Positions 28,514 to 38,531 of a stretch of 64,000 nucleotides of DNA are shown in pieces. The stretch covers positions 145,973 through 209,972 of the forward strand of contig NZ_JACNMP010000002.1 in the NCBI RefSeq assembly GCF_017592335.1, given 5' to 3'. Source of the stretch: Pseudaestuariivita rosea. Its GTDB lineage: Bacteria; Pseudomonadota; Alphaproteobacteria; Rhodobacterales; Rhodobacteraceae. Each line of letters begins with the position of its first letter. Within the stretch, counting starts at the first letter, position 1. Under the pieces are notes generated by a model. That model had not been told where the DNA came from. It was given only the letters and a program-made list of their open reading frames with translations, and made no database searches. The translations under genes and the position numbers were made by a program.

Positions 28514-31261
28514 ATGGCTAAGAAAATGCTTATCGATGCCACCCACACGGAAGAGACCCGCGTCGTGGTGGTTGACGGAAACAAGGTTGAGGAATTTGAC
28601 TTTGAGTCTGAAAACAAACGCCAACTTGCAGGAAATATCTATCTAGCCAAGGTTACGCGCGTCGAACCTTCGCTGCAGGCCGCCTTTGTTGACTATGGCG
28701 GCAACCGCCATGGCTTTCTGGCGTTCTCGGAAATTCATCCTGACTACTATCAGATCCCTGTCGCGGATCGCGAAGCCCTGTTGGCCGAAGAACGCGCCTA
28801 TGTCGAAAGCCTGAAGGCGCAGGACGAAGAGGACGAAAAACCCGAACCCAAGAAGCGGCGGCGCGGGCGGCCCAAGGCCAAGGCGGCCGAGGTCAAATCC
28901 GACGACGCGGTCGAGACGAAAGAAGTCGACCTGTCGGACGCCAAAGATGGTATCTCCGGCATGGAAACCATCGATCTGGGCGAAGACGCCATCGAAGGCA
29001 GCTCGCCCATGGAACTGGTGGCTGACACGCCGGTCGATACACCGCTGTCAAATGAGCCCCCCGATTCTCAGCCAGCCGATCAGGCCGAAAAGTCTGATAC
29101 AGAAACGACCGGGGCCGCTGCGGATGACGCGCCTGTTGTGCTTGAAGAGCCTGCGCGCGAAGAAAAATCCGACGATGACGACGAAGGCAAGCCCGCAACA
29201 GCCTCTGACAAGGATGACGATATCGAGGCTGTCGCAGATGATGATGACGTCGAAGATATCCGCCCTGCGCGCAAGACGCGCCCCCGTCGCTATAAGATCC
29301 AGGAAGTCATCAAGGTGCGCCAGATCCTTCTGGTGCAGGTCGTCAAGGAAGAACGCGGCAACAAGGGCGCGGCCCTGACAACATATCTCAGCCTGGCGGG
29401 GCGTTATTGCGTTCTGATGCCGAACACCGCGCGTGGTGGTGGCATTTCGCGCAAGATCACCAATGCCGTCGACCGCAAGAAGCTGAAGGAAATCGCGAAC
29501 GAAATCGACGTGCCCGATGGCGCGGGGCTGATCGTGCGGACCGCAGGCGCCAAGCGCACCAAGTCCGAGATCAAGCGTGATTACGAATATCTGCAACGGC
29601 TTTGGGAACAGATCCGCGAACTGACCCTGAAATCCATCGCGCCCGCGAAGATTTATGAAGAAGGCAACCTGATCAAACGCTCAATCCGCGATCTATATAA
29701 CCGCGAGATTGACGAGGTGCTGGTCGAAGGCGATCTGGGTTATCGCACGGCCAAGGACTTCATGAAGATGATCATGCCGTCCCACGCCAAGAACGTGAAG
29801 CAGTACCAGGACGCGCTGCCTTTGTTCGCCCGCTATCAGGTCGAAAGCTATCTGGCCGCGATGTTCAACCCGACGGTTCAGCTGAAATCCGGTGGCTACA
29901 TCGTGATCGGCGTGACCGAGGCGCTTGTGGCGATCGACGTGAACTCGGGCCGGGCCACCAAGGAGGGCTCGATCGAGGAAACCGCGTTGAAGACCAACCT
30001 TGAAGCCGCCGACGAAGTGGCCCGTCAGCTGCGTTTGCGCGATCTGGCCGGTCTGATCGTTATCGACTTCATCGATATGGATGAACGCAAGAACAACGCG
30101 GCCGTCGAAAAGCGCATGAAAGACAAGCTGAAGACCGACCGTGCGCGCATTCAGGTGGGCCGCATTTCGGGTTTCGGCCTGATGGAGATGAGCCGCCAGC
30201 GCCTGCGCCCCGGTATGATCGAGGCCACGACACAGCCATGCCCGGCCTGTCATGGCACCGGCCTGATCCGGTCCGAGGACAGTCTGGGCCTGTCGATCCT
30301 GCGCCAGCTTGAGGAAGAGGGCGTGCGCGGCCGGTCCAAGGAAGTTCTGGTCAAATGCCCTGTGGCCATTGCGAATTTCCTGATGAACCAGAAACGCGAA
30401 CACGTGGCCCAGATCGAAGCGCGCTATGGCCTGTCAGTGCGTGTCGAAGGGCATCCGCATCTGATCAGCCCCGATTTCGAAATCGAGAAATTCAAGACTG
30501 CGATCCGCAGTATTCCGACGTCGACTGCGGCTGTGGTGTCCGTCGATGCGTCGCTGATGGCCGATATTGATGAGGCCACAGAGCACGATCCGGTCGACGA
30601 AACACCCGAAGAGATCACCGAAGAAGCCCCGCAGCCGAAAAAACGCCGCCGCCGTCGCCGCCGTCGTCGCGGTGGAAACGGTGATGCGCAGCTGAATGCA
30701 AATGACGAGGGCAAGTCAGACGCGGATTCAGACACGGAGGATGCCGCAGCCCAAGCCGATGAGGCCGATCCCGTGCCCGCAAAAGAGCCTGAACCTGATG
30801 CCGAGGCCGACACAGAAAGTGCAGAGGTAAAACCCGACGCACCTGCGGAAAAACCCAAACGTACCCGGCGCCGCGCCAGCCCGAAAAAGAAAACAACCGA
30901 GGCTGAGGACGATACAGTCGTCGCCAAGGCAAAAGACCAAGCTGCGGACCCTGAACCCGAAACCCCCGACACGGCGGAGGTTGAGACCGAAGCGCCCGCA
31001 AAAAAGCCCCGTCGCACGGCCCGTAAAAAGCCGGTCGCAGCGAAAAAAACGGCCGAGACAGCCGAAACCGCGCCGATGGTTCTGGATACACCGATCGAAA
31101 CACAACCCGAGCCGCAACCGGCCCCCGTGCCCGAAAACGTCGAGGCCGTCGTTGCTGATGTGGTTGCAAAAGCAAAAGAGCCTGAGGCGGCGAAACCTAA
31201 GCTGAAAGCCGAAGATGCGAATAAGCCAAAGAAAAAAGGCTGGTGGTCACTGGGCCGCTAA
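28514..31261 (+). CDS. rne: ribonuclease E
   Basis: N-terminal S1 / catalytic domain (MAKKMLIDATHTEETRVVVVDGNKVEEFDFE...) and a Cys zinc-link (CPACHGTG). Long Arg-rich and acidic low-complexity C-terminal scaffold. ATG at 28514. Confidence 0.92.
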   Translation: MAKKMLIDATHTEETRVVVVDGNKVEEFDFESENKRQLAGNIYLAKVTRVEPSLQAAFVDYGGNRHGFLAFSEIHPDYYQIPVADREALLAEERAYVESLKAQDEEDEKPEPKKRRRGRPKAKAAEVKSDDAVETKEVDLSDAKDGISGMETIDLGEDAIEGSSPMELVADTPVDTPLSNEPPDSQPADQAEKSDTETTGAAADDAPVVLEEPAREEKSDDDDEGKPATASDKDDDIEAVADDDDVEDIRPARKTRPRRYKIQEVIKVRQILLVQVVKEERGNKGAALTTYLSLAGRYCVLMPNTARGGGISRKITNAVDRKKLKEIANEIDVPDGAGLIVRTAGAKRTKSEIKRDYEYLQRLWEQIRELTLKSIAPAKIYEEGNLIKRSIRDLYNREIDEVLVEGDLGYRTAKDFMKMIMPSHAKNVKQYQDALPLFARYQVESYLAAMFNPTVQLKSGGYIVIGVTEALVAIDVNSGRATKEGSIEETALKTNLEAADEVARQLRLRDLAGLIVIDFIDMDERKNNAAVEKRMKDKLKTDRARIQVGRISGFGLMEMSRQRLRPGMIEATTQPCPACHGTGLIRSEDSLGLSILRQLEEEGVRGRSKEVLVKCPVAIANFLMNQKREHVAQIEARYGLSVRVEGHPHLISPDFEIEKFKTAIRSIPTSTAAVVSVDASLMADIDEATEHDPVDETPEEITEEAPQPKKRRRRRRRRRGGNGDAQLNANDEGKSDADSDTEDAAAQADEADPVPAKEPEPDAEADTESAEVKPDAPAEKPKRTRRRASPKKKTTEAEDDTVVAKAKDQAADPEPETPDTAEVETEAPAKKPRRTARKKPVAAKKTAETAETAPMVLDTPIETQPEPQPAPVPENVEAVVADVVAKAKEPEAAKPKLKAEDANKPKKKGWWSLGR

Positions 31262-31384
31262 ACAACCGGGCCAATCATTGTTCTGAAAATACTCCGGGGA
31301 TGAGAGCCGTCTAGGAAACGCTCCAGTGGAGCGTTTCAGGCTCGAACGGGCGAAGCCCGCGCCATCGGCGCTTGGGGGCAGCGC

Positions 31385-31415
31385 CCCCCCGCAACACAAA
31401 AAACGGACCCGGGTT
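31385..31415 (-). terminator. rho-independent terminator of the SPFH gene
   Basis: GACCCGGG-GCAA-CCCGGGTC hairpin followed by TTTTTTG on the minus strand, about 20 nt after the stop at 31434. Confidence 0.6.
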
Positions 31416-31433
31416 GCCCCGGGTCAGTTCATC

Positions 31434-32570
31434 TTAATCGCGCAGCTTCACAAGATCGCTCATCAGACCTTCGGTCCCGTTGTGGACCGTCAGACGTTCG
31501 ACCTTGCCCGCGATGCTTTCCAGCGCCTCAAGTTCTTTCAGGCGCAGCATCACAGGGTTTTCGGCCATCACCTTTGCCGTGTTCAGAAGCGACCGCGTTG
31601 CGTTCGTTTCCTCGCGCCGACGAATGACGTTGGCCTCAGCCGCTTTTTCGGCCGCGACGACCTGGTTCAGGATATCGCGCATCTCGCCGGGCAGGATGAC
31701 GTCTTTCAACGAAATCTCGCCCACCTCAACGCCGATCCCTTCCATCTCGCGCCGCACTTTTTCGGCCGCCTCAGCATCGACCGAGACCTTGTTCTGCAAA
31801 AGAGCATCTAGCGTCATTGCGCCAAGCGTTTTGCGGAAGGCCATCTGCAGTGCAAGGTGCAGCGTTTCGACAAAGTTCGATACCGCCGCCACGGCCCGCT
31901 CGGGATCGGTGACGCGGTATTGCGCCACAAGGTTGACCCGAAGCGTGACGCGATCTTTGGTCAGAATTTCCTGACCTGTCGCCTCGTGGCTGCGCCAACG
32001 CATGTCGACCTGCCGCGCTGTGATCGACCGGCCATGGGACCAGAAGCTGTAGTGCCCGGGCGCCAACTGGCGCTGGAAGACACCATCAAAGCTAAGCATC
32101 CCGACAAAGCCGTCCGCGACCGCCACGGTTTTCAGATGCCCCGCAAAACCGGCTGCAATCAGGCGCTTGGCCAGGGCGGCGGGCACCTGGGGATCGGTGT
32201 CGATCATGACACGCTCGATCTGCCAGGGACCGGCATCTGACCAAAGCAGCTCTTTGCTGTCGGGTGTCATCACCCGTGCAATGCGCCCTTCACGCGTGGC
32301 GATGGCCACCTCGGACGCTTTGGTTGCGACAACGGTGACATGACGACCGGCCAGTTCAACATGATCGCGCAGCAAAGCCTCGGCATAGCCTGAATTCAGC
32401 ACCGGAAACTGCAGGTCGTGAATTTCGACCTCAGTATCCTTGCGCCGCACGCGGTGGCGTCCGGGCGTCAGGATTTTGCGAATTTGGCCTTTTTCAATCA
32501 ACAGCGCCCGTTCGTTGGGGCCGATGATCACGCGGGTGAACCCGGCTAGAAAATCAAAAAGTTGCATCAT
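31434..32570 (-). CDS. SPFH/Band-7 (stomatin/prohibitin-like) domain protein
   Basis: 378 aa with SPFH-like segments and a coiled-coil C-terminus (AEKAAEANVIRRREETNATR). Confidence 0.7.
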   Translation of the reverse strand: MMQLFDFLAGFTRVIIGPNERALLIEKGQIRKILTPGRHRVRRKDTEVEIHDLQFPVLNSGYAEALLRDHVELAGRHVTVVATKASEVAIATREGRIARVMTPDSKELLWSDAGPWQIERVMIDTDPQVPAALAKRLIAAGFAGHLKTVAVADGFVGMLSFDGVFQRQLAPGHYSFWSHGRSITARQVDMRWRSHEATGQEILTKDRVTLRVNLVAQYRVTDPERAVAAVSNFVETLHLALQMAFRKTLGAMTLDALLQNKVSVDAEAAEKVRREMEGIGVEVGEISLKDVILPGEMRDILNQVVAAEKAAEANVIRRREETNATRSLLNTAKVMAENPVMLRLKELEALESIAGKVERLTVHNGTEGLMSDLVKLRD

Positions 32571-32930
32571 ATCATTCCTTTTTCAGTGTCGTCGCAAAAC
32601 GATGTCTCCTTGTCATATGACGTGATCCGCACGTCGCGGGTTTGGGCCCCGGTTGGGGCGGTAAAAGGGCGCCGATGCCCGCCGAACCGATCATCCTGCG
32701 GACCTGGCGGTGAGAGGGGGCGGCGCGCAAATCGCGGGGCATGGAAGCGGTCGAAACCCCTTCGGCCCGGCGATATGCGCCCGGTCCCGTCACCCGCAGG
32801 CCGGCTGAACAACCGGGCAGCGGCGATGCGTCACGTGGGGCGTTCGCCCCCGGTTCGAACCGCCCCTGCAGGCAGACACCGGACACCCAAATCAATAACC
32901 GTTTGTAATACGGCTGCCCTTGCGGGCGGA

Positions 32931-33003
32931 GGAAAACGGTTGGATTCGAACCAACTACCAATAGATCCAAGTCTACTGCTCTACCAGAATGAGCTACGTT
33001 TAT
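32931..33003 (-). pseudogene. degenerate tRNA-like element (probable tRNA pseudogene or remnant)
   Basis: Minus-strand read: ATAAACG-TA-GCTC-ATTCTGGTA-GAGC-A-GTAGA-CTTGGA-TCTAT-TGGTA-GTTGG-TTCGAAT-CCAAC-CGTTTTC-C. The D-arm and T-arm (GTTGG/TTCGAAT/CCAAC) are perfect. The acceptor stem pairs in only 5 of 7 positions. The anticodon loop is 6 nt. No CCA is encoded. Confidence 0.4.
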
Positions 33004-33239
33004 GGTCCAGCAGCCTTGCGATTTGACCTTGGCATACGGGGCTGGCAGGGCCGCCCGCACCAGAGCAGACCGAAAGCTGCTGCCGCTAAGGTTCATTCCG
33101 CGCAAATGCCGGAGCGGCCGAATAAGGGCGATGGGGTGAGTCGTTCAACCGGAAAGTTGACGTTAGGGCAAACTGTTGCGCTTATGCCTCAGAACAGAGC
33201 ATCGTCCCGAAGATTTGCAATGCAGTGCTTTAACCCAGA

Positions 33240-33321
33240 GGGCAGCGACCGTCCGCGGGTGGGCGTGAAGCGCCCGCCCATGGGGGGCGGTCGGGCGCTG
33301 CCCGGTGGTGCCCACCGGGCG
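33240..33321 (-). repeat. GC-rich multi-hairpin repeat, copy B (minus orientation)
   Basis: GGGCAGCGACCGTCCGCGGGTGGGCGtgAAGCGCCCGCC...GGGGCGGTCGGGCGCTGCCCGGTGGTGCCCACCGGGCG. It begins about 35 nt downstream of the suhB stop. Confidence 0.65.
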
Positions 33322-33356
33322 ACATTTGTTGGGCAAAGTACTTTTAAGGCTATGCG

Positions 33357-34145
33357 CTAAGTATTGCGGATGATCTTTGCGAACTGGTCAAAGATCGCCT
33401 CATTGGCGCAGAGGATGTTGCCGTCGTCCATAATATCGCCTTTGGGATCAATGGGTTCGACCAACCCGCCCGCTTCGCGCACGATGATCAGACCGGCGGC
33501 GATGTCCCAGGGATTCAGACCCCGTTCCCAGAAGCCCTCGTAGCGTCCGGCTGCGACATAGGCCAGATCCAGCGCCGCGGCCCCCCATCGACGCACACCA
33601 GCAGTGGCGGGCAAAAGGCGGGCCAGATCCTGCAACAGATCGGGCAAATTGGGGCTGCCGCCGAAGGGCAGGCCGGTGGCAAAGACGCTTTCGATCAGAC
33701 GATTGCGCCCCGACACGCGCAGGCGGCTTTCGTTCAGCCAGGCGCCGGTACCTTTTTCGGCAAAGAACAATTCGTCCTTTGACGGGTCATAGACCACACC
33801 CGCCACGATCTGCCCCTTATGTTCCAGCGCGATCGACACCGCGAAATGCGGCATGCCGTGCAGAAAATTCGTCGTGCCGTCCAGGGGGTCGACGATCCAG
33901 CGGCGGGTGGGATCCTCGCCCTCGACCGCATCGCTTTCCTCGCCCAACCAGCCATAGGTGGGGCGTGCGGTCATCAGTTCTTCGCGAATGATCTTTTCGG
34001 CATTCGTATCGGCGCGGCTGACAAAATCGCCCGGACCCTTCATCGAGACCTGAAGGTTCTCGACCTCACGAAAATCCTTGGCCAGCGCCCGCCCGGCCAT
34101 GCGGGCGGTTTTGATCATGACATTCAGATTGGCGCTGCCGACCAT
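33357..34145 (-). CDS. suhB: inositol monophosphatase family protein
   Basis: WIVDPLDGTTNFLHGMPHFAVSIALE and the remaining IMPase motifs. Confidence 0.85.
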   Translation of the reverse strand: MVGSANLNVMIKTARMAGRALAKDFREVENLQVSMKGPGDFVSRADTNAEKIIREELMTARPTYGWLGEESDAVEGEDPTRRWIVDPLDGTTNFLHGMPHFAVSIALEHKGQIVAGVVYDPSKDELFFAEKGTGAWLNESRLRVSGRNRLIESVFATGLPFGGSPNLPDLLQDLARLLPATAGVRRWGAAALDLAYVAAGRYEGFWERGLNPWDIAAGLIIVREAGGLVEPIDPKGDIMDDGNILCANEAIFDQFAKIIRNT

Positions 34146-34205
34146 GGTAAACTCCTGCTGTGACAGGTTGCGCGTATAAGCGCGCGCCCGGGGGATGCCA
34201 AGGGG

Positions 34206-35582
34206 TCACAGTGCGTTTTGCAGCGCGGCCAGAATGCGTGCCCAGCTTCGGATGCCTTTGTGGAAACTTTCGACGTCATATTTTTCGTTGGGCGAATGGA
34301 TGGCGTCGTCTTCTTTGGCAAAGCCGATCAGCATGGCGTCCATATCCAGAAACTTTTTGAAATATCCCGCGATGGGGATCGAACCGCCAGCGCCCACAAA
34401 GGCGGCCGCATTGGGCCATTCGTCGGACAGGGCCTGGCGCGCGGCCTCAAACGCGGGGTGGTCGGTGGACATCTGCGATGCGGGCGACGCGCCGTGCGCC
34501 TGGAATTCAACCGTGCAATCGGGCGGCAGCATGGCGCGGACCATGGCGCGAAAATCGTCGCGGATTTTGTGGGGGTCTTGCGTGCCGACCAGACGGAAGC
34601 TGACCTTGGCACTGGCTTTTGAGGGCAGAACGGTCTTGAACCCGTCGCCTGTATAGCCGCCGATGATGCCGTTGAATTCGCAGGTGGGCCGCGACCACAG
34701 CATTTCCAGCGCGGTGTGGCCCTGTTCACCGGCAAGCTGCGACAGGCCGACCTGACCCAGAAAATCGCCATGGTCGAAATTCAGCGCGCTCCAACTGGCC
34801 GCCAGATCGGGGTCAAGGTCCGGCACGCCGTCGTAGAAGCCCGGTACAGTCACGCGGCCCTGATCGTCGTGCAAGGACGCCAGAATGCGCGTCAGCACGC
34901 GGATGGGGTTCATCGCAGCACCGCCATACATGCCGGAATGCAGGTCGATATTGGGGCCTGTGATCGTGATTTCTTCGCCCATCAGGCCGCGCAATTGGGT
35001 GATGATCGCAGGGGTTTTGTTATCGAACAGCCCCGTGTCGCAGATCAGCGCGATGTCGGCGCGCAGCTCATCCGCGTTGTCCTGCATGAACGGGACCAGC
35101 GATGGCGACCCGGATTCCTCTTCGCCCTCAAAGAAAAAGCTGATGCGGCAGGGCAGGGTGCCATGAACGGCCTTCCATGCGCGGCAGGCTTCGACAAAGG
35201 TCATCAGCTGGCCCTTGTCGTCTGACGCCCCGCGCGCGCGGATCACACGGCCCTTGGGGGTGTCCTGCAGTTGTGGGTCAAACGGCGGGGTGTCCCACAG
35301 ATCAAGCGGGTCGGCGGGCTGCACGTCGTAATGGCCGTAGAACATCAGATGCAGTCCGGGGCCATCCGCATGACCGACGACCATCGGATGACCCGGCGTG
35401 GCGCGCGTGCTGGCGGCAACACCAATGCTGTTCAGATCGTCCGCCAGCCAATCCGCGGCCTCGGTGCAATGCTGTTTATACGCCGGATCGGTCGAAATCG
35501 ACGGGATGCGCAACAGGGTTTGCAGACGGTCAAGGGCATTGGGCAGATCATCGTCGATCTTCACCAGAACGGGGTCAAGCAC
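34206..35582 (-). CDS. M20-family metallopeptidase/dipeptidase
   Basis: HYDVQP, GASDDKGQ and an M20 dimerisation domain. 458 aa. Confidence 0.85.
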   Translation of the reverse strand: MLDPVLVKIDDDLPNALDRLQTLLRIPSISTDPAYKQHCTEAADWLADDLNSIGVAASTRATPGHPMVVGHADGPGLHLMFYGHYDVQPADPLDLWDTPPFDPQLQDTPKGRVIRARGASDDKGQLMTFVEACRAWKAVHGTLPCRISFFFEGEEESGSPSLVPFMQDNADELRADIALICDTGLFDNKTPAIITQLRGLMGEEITITGPNIDLHSGMYGGAAMNPIRVLTRILASLHDDQGRVTVPGFYDGVPDLDPDLAASWSALNFDHGDFLGQVGLSQLAGEQGHTALEMLWSRPTCEFNGIIGGYTGDGFKTVLPSKASAKVSFRLVGTQDPHKIRDDFRAMVRAMLPPDCTVEFQAHGASPASQMSTDHPAFEAARQALSDEWPNAAAFVGAGGSIPIAGYFKKFLDMDAMLIGFAKEDDAIHSPNEKYDVESFHKGIRSWARILAALQNAL

Positions 35583-35672
35583 GAATGGGCCTCCTTCACA
35601 TAAATGAAAGGCCCGCAGGTGATGCGGGCCAGAGTAACGTCTAACGATTTCAGGCGAGTGTAAAGTGCCCGT

Positions 35673-36974
35673 TTAGCGGTTTTCGATATCGACGTAATCG
35701 CGCATCGTTTCGCCCTGATAGAGCTGACGCGGGCGGCCGATTTTCATCGCTGGATCGGCGATCATTTCTTTCCACTGCGACACCCAGCCAACAGTCCGGC
35801 TGAGCGCGAAGATCGGCGTGAACATCGACGTGGGGAAGCCCATCGCCTCAAGAATGATGCCCGAATAGAAATCGACGTTCGGGAACAGTTTCTTTTCGGT
35901 GAAATAGGGATCGGCTAGGGCGGCGGCCTCAAGTTCTTTGGCGACCTGAAGCGTGGGGTTGTTTTCGATGCCCAGCAAATCAAGCACTTCGTCGGCGGAT
36001 TGCTTCATCACCTTGGCGCGCGGATCGAAGTTTTTATACACACGGTGACCAAAGCCCATCAGGCGGAAGGGGTCGTTTTTGTCCTTGGCGCGTTCGATGT
36101 ATTCAGGGATGCGGTTGGGCGATCCGATTTCGCGCAGCATTTCCAGACAGGCCTGGTTTGCACCGCCGTGGGCGGGACCCCAAAGGCAGGCGATACCGGC
36201 GGCGATACAAGCAAAGGGGTTCGCCCCCGAAGACGATGCCAGACGCACGGTCGAGGTCGAGGCGTTCTGTTCGTGATCCGCGTGCAGGGTAAAGATACGG
36301 TCCATCGCGCGGGCCAAGATCGGGTTGACCTCATAATCCTCGGCCGGGACGGCAAAGCACATCCGCAGGAAATTCGACGCATAATCGCAGTCATTGCGCG
36401 GATACACGAAGGGCTGCCCGATGGTGTATTTATAGGCCATCGCCGCAATCGTCGGCATCTTGGCGATCAGCCGGATCGAGGCGACCTCGCGCTGCCAGGG
36501 GTCGTTCACATCGGTACTGTCGTGATAGAACGCCGACATCGCGCCGACCACACCCACCATAACGGCCATGGGGTGCGCGTCGCGGCGGAAGCCACGGAAA
36601 AAGTTGATCATCTGTTCATGGATCATCGTGTGGCGGGTCACACGGGTTTCAAAGTCTTCCAGCTGCTCGGCCGAGGGCAGTTCGCCGTAAAGCAGCAGAT
36701 AGCAGACCTCAAGATAATGCGATTTTTCGGCCAGTTGGTCGATGGGATAGCCCCGGTGCAGCAATTCGCCCTTGCCGCCGTCGATATAGGTGATCGTGCT
36801 GTCGCAGGCCGCGGTTGACGTAAAGCCGGGATCATAGGTGAACACGCCTGCTTCGCCATAGAGTTTGCGGATGTCGATGACGTCCGGGCCCGCCGTGGGC
36901 GAATGCATGGGCAGCTCAAACGATTTTCCATCGAATGTCAGTGTTGCCGTTTTATTGGTGTCAGACATCGTCAT
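35673..36974 (-). CDS. gltA: citrate synthase
   Basis: [15 protein letters not shown] and [16 protein letters not shown]. Confidence 0.95.
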   Translation of the reverse strand: MTMSDTNKTATLTFDGKSFELPMHSPTAGPDVIDIRKLYGEAGVFTYDPGFTSTAACDSTITYIDGGKGELLHRGYPIDQLAEKSHYLEVCYLLLYGELPSAEQLEDFETRVTRHTMIHEQMINFFRGFRRDAHPMAVMVGVVGAMSAFYHDSTDVNDPWQREVASIRLIAKMPTIAAMAYKYTIGQPFVYPRNDCDYASNFLRMCFAVPAEDYEVNPILARAMDRIFTLHADHEQNASTSTVRLASSSGANPFACIAAGIACLWGPAHGGANQACLEMLREIGSPNRIPEYIERAKDKNDPFRLMGFGHRVYKNFDPRAKVMKQSADEVLDLLGIENNPTLQVAKELEAAALADPYFTEKKLFPNVDFYSGIILEAMGFPTSMFTPIFALSRTVGWVSQWKEMIADPAMKIGRPRQLYQGETMRDYVDIENR

Positions 36975-37063
36975 CCCCTCTCTTCCGTCGTCGTGGGCTT
37001 TATCGGCCCAACTTTTTCAGCAGGCTGAACAAAAGCTTAGCGCGGTTGCGCAACGGTTTTGTT

Positions 37064-38458
37064 TCAGGCGGTTGCGTCGGCCAAGCGGGCGAGTGTTTCA
37101 TCCCGCCCGATGACAAGCATCATGTCGAAAATGCTGGGCGTGACTGCACGTCCGGCAAGGGCAGCGCGGAGTGGTCCGGCAAGCTTACCCATTTTTGCAC
37201 CGTGTGCTTCAGCCACGTTGGAAACAGTCGCTTCTAGCATATCGCGGGTCCAGCTAGCATTTTGCAACTGCGGCGTCAATTCTTTGAGCAATGCGCGGGC
37301 CTCGGCGGTCAGCTGCTTGGCGGCCTTCTCGTCGGGGTCAAAAGGCCGTTGTCCCAGAACAAAATGAGCCTTTTCAACAAGTTCCGGGTATGTTTTGGCG
37401 CGCTCTTTCAGACAGTACATCGCACGGCATAGCCCATCTTTTTGTGTGTCCGTCAGGGCCGGTTGCGCGGTCACGGTCAGAAATCCTTCGATTTCATGCA
37501 GCAGTGCAGCATCCTCGGCAACCGCGATATGCTGACCGGACAGATTTTCCAGCTTTTTGAAATCGAACCGGGCGGGCGATTTGCCAATGCCATCGGTCCC
37601 GAACCACTCTTTCGCCTGGGCATCGGTGAAAAATTCGTCGTCCCCATGGCTCCAGCCCAAGCGGGCCAGGTAATTGCGCATTCCGGCGGCGGGGTAGCCC
37701 ATCGCCTGATATTCCTCGACCCCCAGGGCGCCGTGACGTTTCGACAGCTTTTTGCCATCCGGCCCATGGATCAGCGGAATGTGGGCATAAACGGGCAGGT
37801 CCCACCCCATCGCCCTGTAGATCAGCGATTGCCGGGCGGCATTTGCCAGATGGTCATCGCCACGGATCACATGGGTCACGCCCATGTCATAGTCATCGAC
37901 CACCACGGCCAGCATATAGACCGGCGTGCCGTCGGATCGCAGCAGCACCATGTCGTCCAGCTGGTCATTCTTCCATTTGACGGTGCCCTGGACTTCGTCC
38001 TTGATCACCGTTTCGCCGTCCCGCGGCGCCTTGATCCGTACCACGTATGGGGCATCGGGATGGTCCGCCTCGGGCACGTCGCGCCAAGGGCTGCGGAACA
38101 GGGTAGATTTACCGGTCGCACGCGCCTGTTCGCGGAACGCGGTGATTTCATCTTGTGTAGAAAAGCACTTATAGGCATGGCCATCGGCCAGCAACTGACG
38201 CGCGACCTCGGCATGACGGTCAGCGCGGGCGAACTGGCTGATCGGGTCGCCGTCATAGTCCAGCCCCAGCCAGTCCATGCCGCGCAGGATGGCATCGGTT
38301 GCTTCAGGTGTGGACCGTTCGCGGTCTGTATCCTCGATCCGTAGCAGGAACTGACCGCCCCGACCGCGCGCATAAAGCCAGTTAAACAGCGCCGTCCGTG
38401 CCCCGCCAATATGCAGAAAACCGGTGGGCGAGGGCGCGAAACGTGTGACGACGGTCAT
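37064..38458 (-). CDS. gltX: glutamate--tRNA ligase
   Basis: [27 protein letters not shown] (HIGH region) and KLSKR. The ATG at 38458 ([13 protein letters not shown]) matches the canonical N-terminus; the track start at 38494 is also an ATG. Confidence 0.93.
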   Translation of the reverse strand: MTVVTRFAPSPTGFLHIGGARTALFNWLYARGRGGQFLLRIEDTDRERSTPEATDAILRGMDWLGLDYDGDPISQFARADRHAEVARQLLADGHAYKCFSTQDEITAFREQARATGKSTLFRSPWRDVPEADHPDAPYVVRIKAPRDGETVIKDEVQGTVKWKNDQLDDMVLLRSDGTPVYMLAVVVDDYDMGVTHVIRGDDHLANAARQSLIYRAMGWDLPVYAHIPLIHGPDGKKLSKRHGALGVEEYQAMGYPAAGMRNYLARLGWSHGDDEFFTDAQAKEWFGTDGIGKSPARFDFKKLENLSGQHIAVAEDAALLHEIEGFLTVTAQPALTDTQKDGLCRAMYCLKERAKTYPELVEKAHFVLGQRPFDPDEKAAKQLTAEARALLKELTPQLQNASWTRDMLEATVSNVAEAHGAKMGKLAGPLRAALAGRAVTPSIFDMMLVIGRDETLARLADATA

Positions 38459-38531
38459 GGATTTAACCTTTGAGTAACTCTGATTGCCTAGCATGCGCCC
38501 TGTCTCTAGTCAGCCTGCGGGGTAAGGACAA

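Noticed and set aside
28148-28646. ORFs of 149-158 aa on both strands in the rne leader
   Set aside because: Arg/Ala/Pro-rich composition typical of random high-GC frames, with no start-site signals. Treated as an untranslated leader.
30424-31175. Several 129-197-aa ORFs antisense to the rne 3' half
   Set aside because: They are products of the repetitive GC-rich coding sequence of the RNase E C-terminal scaffold (Ser/Ala/Arg-rich) and not independent genes.
32571-33105. tmRNA (two-piece) or RNase P RNA hypothesis for the GC-rich gap next to the tRNA-like element
   Set aside because: I found no tag-peptide reading frame (ANDN...AA) on either strand and no P4 signature (GGAAAGTCCGGGCTCC, ACAGAACCCGGCTTA). 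The tRNA-like piece has its own D-arm and anticodon-like arm, whereas a permuted tmRNA gene carries only an acceptor and T-arm half.
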